From assembly GCA_964534625.1 (NCBI GenBank), contig CAZHRF010000002.1, positions 54,723 through 118,722 of the forward strand: a stretch of 64,000 bases of DNA, in the 5' to 3' direction. A model generated the notes under the pieces. That model ran no database searches, was not told the DNA's origin, and worked only from the letters and a program-made list of their open reading frames with translations. The translations under genes were made by a program, and so were the position numbers. Origin of the DNA: an uncultured archaeon (GTDB taxonomy: Archaea; Asgardarchaeota; Heimdallarchaeia; Heimdallarchaeales; Heimdallarchaeaceae). This document shows, piece after piece, positions 59,741 to 64,000 of the stretch. Position 1 is the first letter of the stretch; every line of letters starts with the position of its first letter.

Positions 59741-60484
59741 TTATTCCATTTGGTTCTTTTTCCTCTCAAGAAACAAGACGTATTGAGGTCCAAATGCCAT
59801 GTAAATTAACATCCATACAGATAATACATAGCCTGGATATTTCATCAAATCAAATGGTAACACTGCAATTGATAGAATAATTATTGTGGTAGAGATAACC
59901 CAGAACAAATCAAATGCCTTCCAATCTCCTTTAAATGAAGGAAACGGCGTTTTCGTTATCATAAATATTGCAACAGCTAGTGTTGTAACTAAGATGGCCC
60001 ATTCAGGTGTTTCCTCTAAAATTATAAGAGAACCTATTACCATGGCTGCAAATGGTGAAGGAACCCCCTCAAAATAAAGGGTAAAAAGAGGATCTCTTTT
60101 TGTAAATCTATATAAGCGATATATGGCTGCAATAAAGTAGATTAAACCTGACATTATCCCTGCAACCACATGAAAGTTTTTTATATAAAAACCAAGAAAT
60201 ATCGAAGGGAGTAAAGCAAAAGTAACTGCATCTACAATTGTATCAATGTCAACAGCTAAAATCTCTGACAATCCACTTATTCTAGCTAGTTTTCCATCAG
60301 TAAAATCTAAGATACAACAAACAGCGAGAACTTTAGGAAACCATACTATATAATTTGTAAACGATTTAAACATGTATATTATGCTAAATATTGCCAATAA
60401 AAAGCTAGAAAGGGTCATTAAATTAGCTACTATCCAGCATATATACTTTATTATTTTATTTTCCAAAACGATTTTAAATTTCAT
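59741..60484 (-). CDS. pssA: Archaetidylserine/phosphatidylserine synthase (CDP-alcohol phosphatidyltransferase)
   Basis: ANLMT, DFTDGKLAR, IDTIVDAVTF, RLYRF, FEGVPSP. Adjacent to psd. Confidence 0.88.
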   Translation of the reverse strand: MKFKIVLENKIIKYICWIVANLMTLSSFLLAIFSIIYMFKSFTNYIVWFPKVLAVCCILDFTDGKLARISGLSEILAVDIDTIVDAVTFALLPSIFLGFYIKNFHVVAGIMSGLIYFIAAIYRLYRFTKRDPLFTLYFEGVPSPFAAMVIGSLIILEETPEWAILVTTLAVAIFMITKTPFPSFKGDWKAFDLFWVISTTIIILSIAVLPFDLMKYPGYVLSVWMLIYMAFGPQYVLFLERKKNQME

Positions 60485-60502
60485 GATAATAGGCCTCGAA
60501 AA

Positions 60503-61159
60503 TTAATTGAAAGTTGCAAGTAATGTTATTCCAGCGCGTACTGATTGATATTCTTTTACTTGAATGGAGATATTTCTTTCCGTTTCTATTTCTAAGTGAG
60601 TTATGGATCCAAAACGGATATGACCAATACTTGCACTTTGTTCAACTGTGTCATCAAAACTTACATATGCTATTGTTCTTCTTGCAAAAATGCCAGAAAC
60701 TTGAATTACTTTGATCACCAGTGGTATTTTGTCATTACGTATTATGATTGTATTCCGTTGATTCTTCTTCGCATAATTGGGGAAGTAGACTGGCCAGTGA
60801 CTTCCTTTCTGGAAGTGCACTCCAGATACTTTTCCATTAATTGGACTTCTTGTCATGTGAACATCAAAAGGAGACATTCTTATAGTTAATTTCCATGTTT
60901 TTCCTTCTTTTGTGATGTCTGTTACGATTCCATCAGCAGGAGAAATAATTCCTTTATTATTTATCGTTAAATCTCTTATAGGATCTCTAAATGTCCATAT
61001 TATGAAGAAACTAAATATAATTATTGCTACTAATCCTAAACTGATTAACCAATATATTTTATTTAAGTATAATATTATTAGAATTGCGATGCTAGCTAAA
61101 ACCATATCAATTGCTAACATAATAAGGATATAATTAATTGTGTCTTTTGCAATTGACAT
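60503..61159 (-). CDS. psd: Archaetidylserine/phosphatidylserine decarboxylase proenzyme
   Basis: FRDP, ISPADG, MSPFDVH, RSPING, IRFGS self-cleavage motif. Start moved to the ATG at 61159, after a GGAGA SD. Confidence 0.92.
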   Translation of the reverse strand: MSIAKDTINYILIMLAIDMVLASIAILIILYLNKIYWLISLGLVAIIIFSFFIIWTFRDPIRDLTINNKGIISPADGIVTDITKEGKTWKLTIRMSPFDVHMTRSPINGKVSGVHFQKGSHWPVYFPNYAKKNQRNTIIIRNDKIPLVIKVIQVSGIFARRTIAYVSFDDTVEQSASIGHIRFGSITHLEIETERNISIQVKEYQSVRAGITLLATFN

Positions 61160-61257
61160 GTTATGTCTCCAGAAGATTGATCCACTCATATAAGAATCTT
61201 GTAACTTTCATCAAAACGTGAAAATATACACTTAAAAAATTATTGGATGAATTGTGA

Positions 61258-61310
61258 AAGAAAAAAATGAAAAATGAAAAAATAAAATGAAAAAATAAAA
61301 TGAAAAAAAA
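61258..61310 (-). terminator. T-rich tandem tract (aaaatgaaaaaat units on +), probable terminator of the protease gene
   Basis: Repeated oligo-T runs on the minus strand immediately after the stop at 61311. Confidence 0.5.
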
Positions 61311-63998
61311 TTATCTTTTTTTACGTCTTATTTGTTTTGCTAATACTGATATTGCAGCTAATCCAATGAAGAGTCCAATTGAGCCAAAATGTGTTTCTTT
61401 AGGTTCTTCACCTACTTTGATGATATATCTGACATCTAATTTATTTCCAGTAATGTCAGTTGCGGTTATATCTAAGATATTGGATCCGTCAATTAGGTCT
61501 TTTTTAAATATTGAAACTACACGTGTTTGTGATGTTACTTTAGTAACTGTTAAACTTTCTTCGTTCAATGTTGCTTTGACAGAAGCCAATCCCATATCAT
61601 CAAAAATGGTAAATTCAATTGTAGCTAAGTCTGTAGCAGTATTGTTCTCGAATCCTTCAGTATATGAAACGCTAGGTGCTGTAGTATCATACATGAATTT
61701 AGCCAAGTATTTATCATCCTCAGTTATAACTTCAAAAGTATAATAACCATCTTGTTCATATATTAAGGAATAACTATATTGTCCAGTTGAATCTTCAGTT
61801 AGATCTACATTAGTGGTAGTTGTGGTTCCTGTTCCATCAGTAACATGCACATATGCTTGATAAAATATCTCTGGGGGATTAAATGTAATATTAAAATCTA
61901 CTCCCGTACTGGTTTCTATATAGGTTCCTGTTGTCCTATTGTTAGCTGTTAACCAATTAAATGTTTGTAGACCAAATAAATCGTTCTGAGTTCCCGGATT
62001 ATTGTCATTGATGAAACCCGCAGTATCTATGTGGAAGTTGGTAGTTGATATGACAACCCTTGATCCTATTGGACTTTCCCAGGCCGATGCAACTGGTTTT
62101 CCATCCCATGAAGAGAGCACAGTACTGTTACCTGTTTCATCAAGAAAAGTACCATAGTGATCTATTTTTGTAACACCTTCAGTAATCGCATGAATATTAG
62201 TGGTGCTAGCGGTAACAACATCCATATCTGTTGAATAGTACGAATCTGATACACTCACCCCATAGGGTTTTAATAATTCATTTGTCATTGAAATATTATT
62301 TCCAAATACAAGACCATAGTCAGTATTATAATATTTACCAAGTAGATTAACGTATAAACCTCCTCCATTTTCGACAAAGTTATGAATTGCATCTATTTCT
62401 GATTCTGTTAATGGATTATGCGTGTCTGAATAACTATTCGGAAAATTAGGGTATTGAAGATTAAACGGATCAGCAAACCATATCATATCATAACCATCTA
62501 ATAAGTCTGAGGTAATAGTAGCACTTGTATAAGAGTTGACAGCTATACCTAGATCTTTTAAACCTTCAATGAAATGTCTATATTGACCCAAATAGTGATC
62601 GCTGCCCCAATTTGTATGCATCTTTGCATAAAAAACTTTTTTTATACCTCTGATAACTTCAAATTCTAGATGGGTCTCTGCAGTAACACCTGCAGCTGTT
62701 TCAAATGTAATAATACCCGAATATACACCTAACGCAATCTCACTAGGAACATCAATCACGAGTTCATAGTTTTTAGTCCAGTTGGGAGAAGCAGATGTGG
62801 TGTTAAGTAAGCTAACTATCTCGGTTATATTACCTGTCAAAACAGGAGGAAGATCTTCATCTGGTGTTGATGAAACAGATTGGACATATAGTTCTGCATG
62901 AAAACCTTGAGGTAGTGCATAGTATTCTTCTACCGGCATTTCAGGCACTGCCCACATTAGGACAGGAAAATCAGAACCATTAGTTGGTGCAGTTCTTACT
63001 GCGTGAAATGCGTCTCCAATATCAGCTAGTCCAGCACCAAAGGTAAGATAATTTTCATTTGGCTTTTGCGTAGCTGTAAGCATCATAGCAGCTTTTATTA
63101 AACCTGGATCGTAAGAAATTGTCTTTGCATTAAGTGCTTGTACTAATACATTCGTTGCACCAGCAATATGTGGTGAAGCCATTGATGTACCTTGAAGTGA
63201 AGCATATGCAGTAGACGAATCAATATAAGGTGCCCAAATATTTACACCTGGTGCTGCAATATCTGGTTTTGGAAAACCATCGGCAGAAGGACCTATAGAG
63301 CTGAAATAAGCTCGGCTATTCGTAAGACCCAATGCAGCAACCGCAATGCAATCTGCAGCGGTAGCTGGGGTTCCTACAGTGTAATACCCATTAGCTCCTG
63401 AATTACCAGCTGAAGAAGCCACAGTAATACCTGATTTAGTAGTCTCACGTATCACTCTTTCAAGCAAATCTTCTCCCTCTCTATCTCCGCCACCAATACT
63501 GAGATTAATGGCATCAACTTTATCAAGACTAATGGCATAATCAAATGAAGCTACTAGTCCGGGGTTGGTTATTACATCACGTGTACTTCCATCACCTCGC
63601 CCAACTCTGCCAACAATAATCTCAGCTGATGGTGCCATACCTATGTAATCGGAATTTGCTTTTCCGGCACCCGCTGCGGTTCCTGCAACGTGGGTTCCAT
63701 GTCCTCCAATATCATCTATTGACGGATCATTTTCAGGATAACCATATTGTGACAAGATAAAAGATTTACTGTCTGCTGTGTTAATTCTGTCCCCAAAATC
63801 AACATGATCTTGATTAATCCCTGTGTCAATAATCATAATAATTGTGTTTTTTCCATTATACCCTTCATCCCAAAGACCACTAACGTTGATAGCACCTGCT
63901 GTATTCACAGTATGCTTTATGCCTTCAGGAGTGGATAGTGTGTATATTGGTTCTTGAATTGGTTTAAGGGTTTCAAAACGTGTGTTTGTGACATCAAT
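61311..63998 (-). CDS. Subtilisin-like S8 serine protease with GATase-like/DUF4350 and Ig-like domains and C-terminal anchor (5' end beyond window)
   Basis: Catalytic triad motifs IIDTGI, GHGTHVAG, GTSMASPHIAG. The frame stays open upstream of 63908 to the window edge. C-terminal TM followed by RRKKR. Confidence 0.95.
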   Translation of the reverse strand: MDVTNTRFETLKPIQEPIYTLSTPEGIKHTVNTAGAINVSGLWDEGYNGKNTIIMIIDTGINQDHVDFGDRINTADSKSFILSQYGYPENDPSIDDIGGHGTHVAGTAAGAGKANSDYIGMAPSAEIIVGRVGRGDGSTRDVITNPGLVASFDYAISLDKVDAINLSIGGGDREGEDLLERVIRETTKSGITVASSAGNSGANGYYTVGTPATAADCIAVAALGLTNSRAYFSSIGPSADGFPKPDIAAPGVNIWAPYIDSSTAYASLQGTSMASPHIAGATNVLVQALNAKTISYDPGLIKAAMMLTATQKPNENYLTFGAGLADIGDAFHAVRTAPTNGSDFPVLMWAVPEMPVEEYYALPQGFHAELYVQSVSSTPDEDLPPVLTGNITEIVSLLNTTSASPNWTKNYELVIDVPSEIALGVYSGIITFETAAGVTAETHLEFEVIRGIKKVFYAKMHTNWGSDHYLGQYRHFIEGLKDLGIAVNSYTSATITSDLLDGYDMIWFADPFNLQYPNFPNSYSDTHNPLTESEIDAIHNFVENGGGLYVNLLGKYYNTDYGLVFGNNISMTNELLKPYGVSVSDSYYSTDMDVVTASTTNIHAITEGVTKIDHYGTFLDETGNSTVLSSWDGKPVASAWESPIGSRVVISTTNFHIDTAGFINDNNPGTQNDLFGLQTFNWLTANNRTTGTYIETSTGVDFNITFNPPEIFYQAYVHVTDGTGTTTTTNVDLTEDSTGQYSYSLIYEQDGYYTFEVITEDDKYLAKFMYDTTAPSVSYTEGFENNTATDLATIEFTIFDDMGLASVKATLNEESLTVTKVTSQTRVVSIFKKDLIDGSNILDITATDITGNKLDVRYIIKVGEEPKETHFGSIGLFIGLAAISVLAKQIRRKKR

Positions 63999-64000
63999 TA

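Noticed and set aside
1-64000. tRNA, rRNA, CRISPR array or intact transposase/integrase
   Set aside because: No cloverleaf with T-loop GTTCRA, no long GC-rich RNA gene, no repeat-spacer array and no recombinase ORF was recognised by eye. tRNAscan-SE and Infernal would be needed to exclude them formally.

Overview
AT-rich, gene-dense chromosomal segment that reads as an Asgard archaeon, most plausibly Heimdallarchaeia (inference). The supporting traits are a eukaryote-type actin-related protein, two MglA-like small GTPases, a ParM-like actin-fold protein, type II methionine aminopeptidase, archaeal-type pssA/psd, a short-form DnaK, and exported proteins ending in TM plus basic tails. Housekeeping content includes grpE-dnaK-dnaJ, a bacterial-type gap, rocD, map, pepQ, a PHI/SIS isomerase, a heterodimeric ABC exporter, a sugar ABC importer with a fused permease, an FtsX/LolD-type ABC pair, an MMPL transporter and secreted proteases. 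The best candidate for an undescribed system is a three-gene operon at 18769-26472. It encodes a STAND-like NTPase with alpha-SNAP/TPR-like repeats, a 479-aa hendecad coiled-coil protein, and a 1489-aa TrmB-like protein whose wHTH and effector domains are separated by about 1270 residues of hendecad repeats. Other notable items are a twin-MglA GTPase/nuclease/coiled-coil cluster, a K-turn-containing structured RNA at 34555-34624, an orphan IS200/IS605 (TnpB-type) right end abutting the actin stop codon, a family of about 110-bp TIR elements, and several in-frame tandem repeats. No rRNA, tRNA, CRISPR array or intact transposase was recognised. All product calls come from motif recognition by eye; no database search was run.
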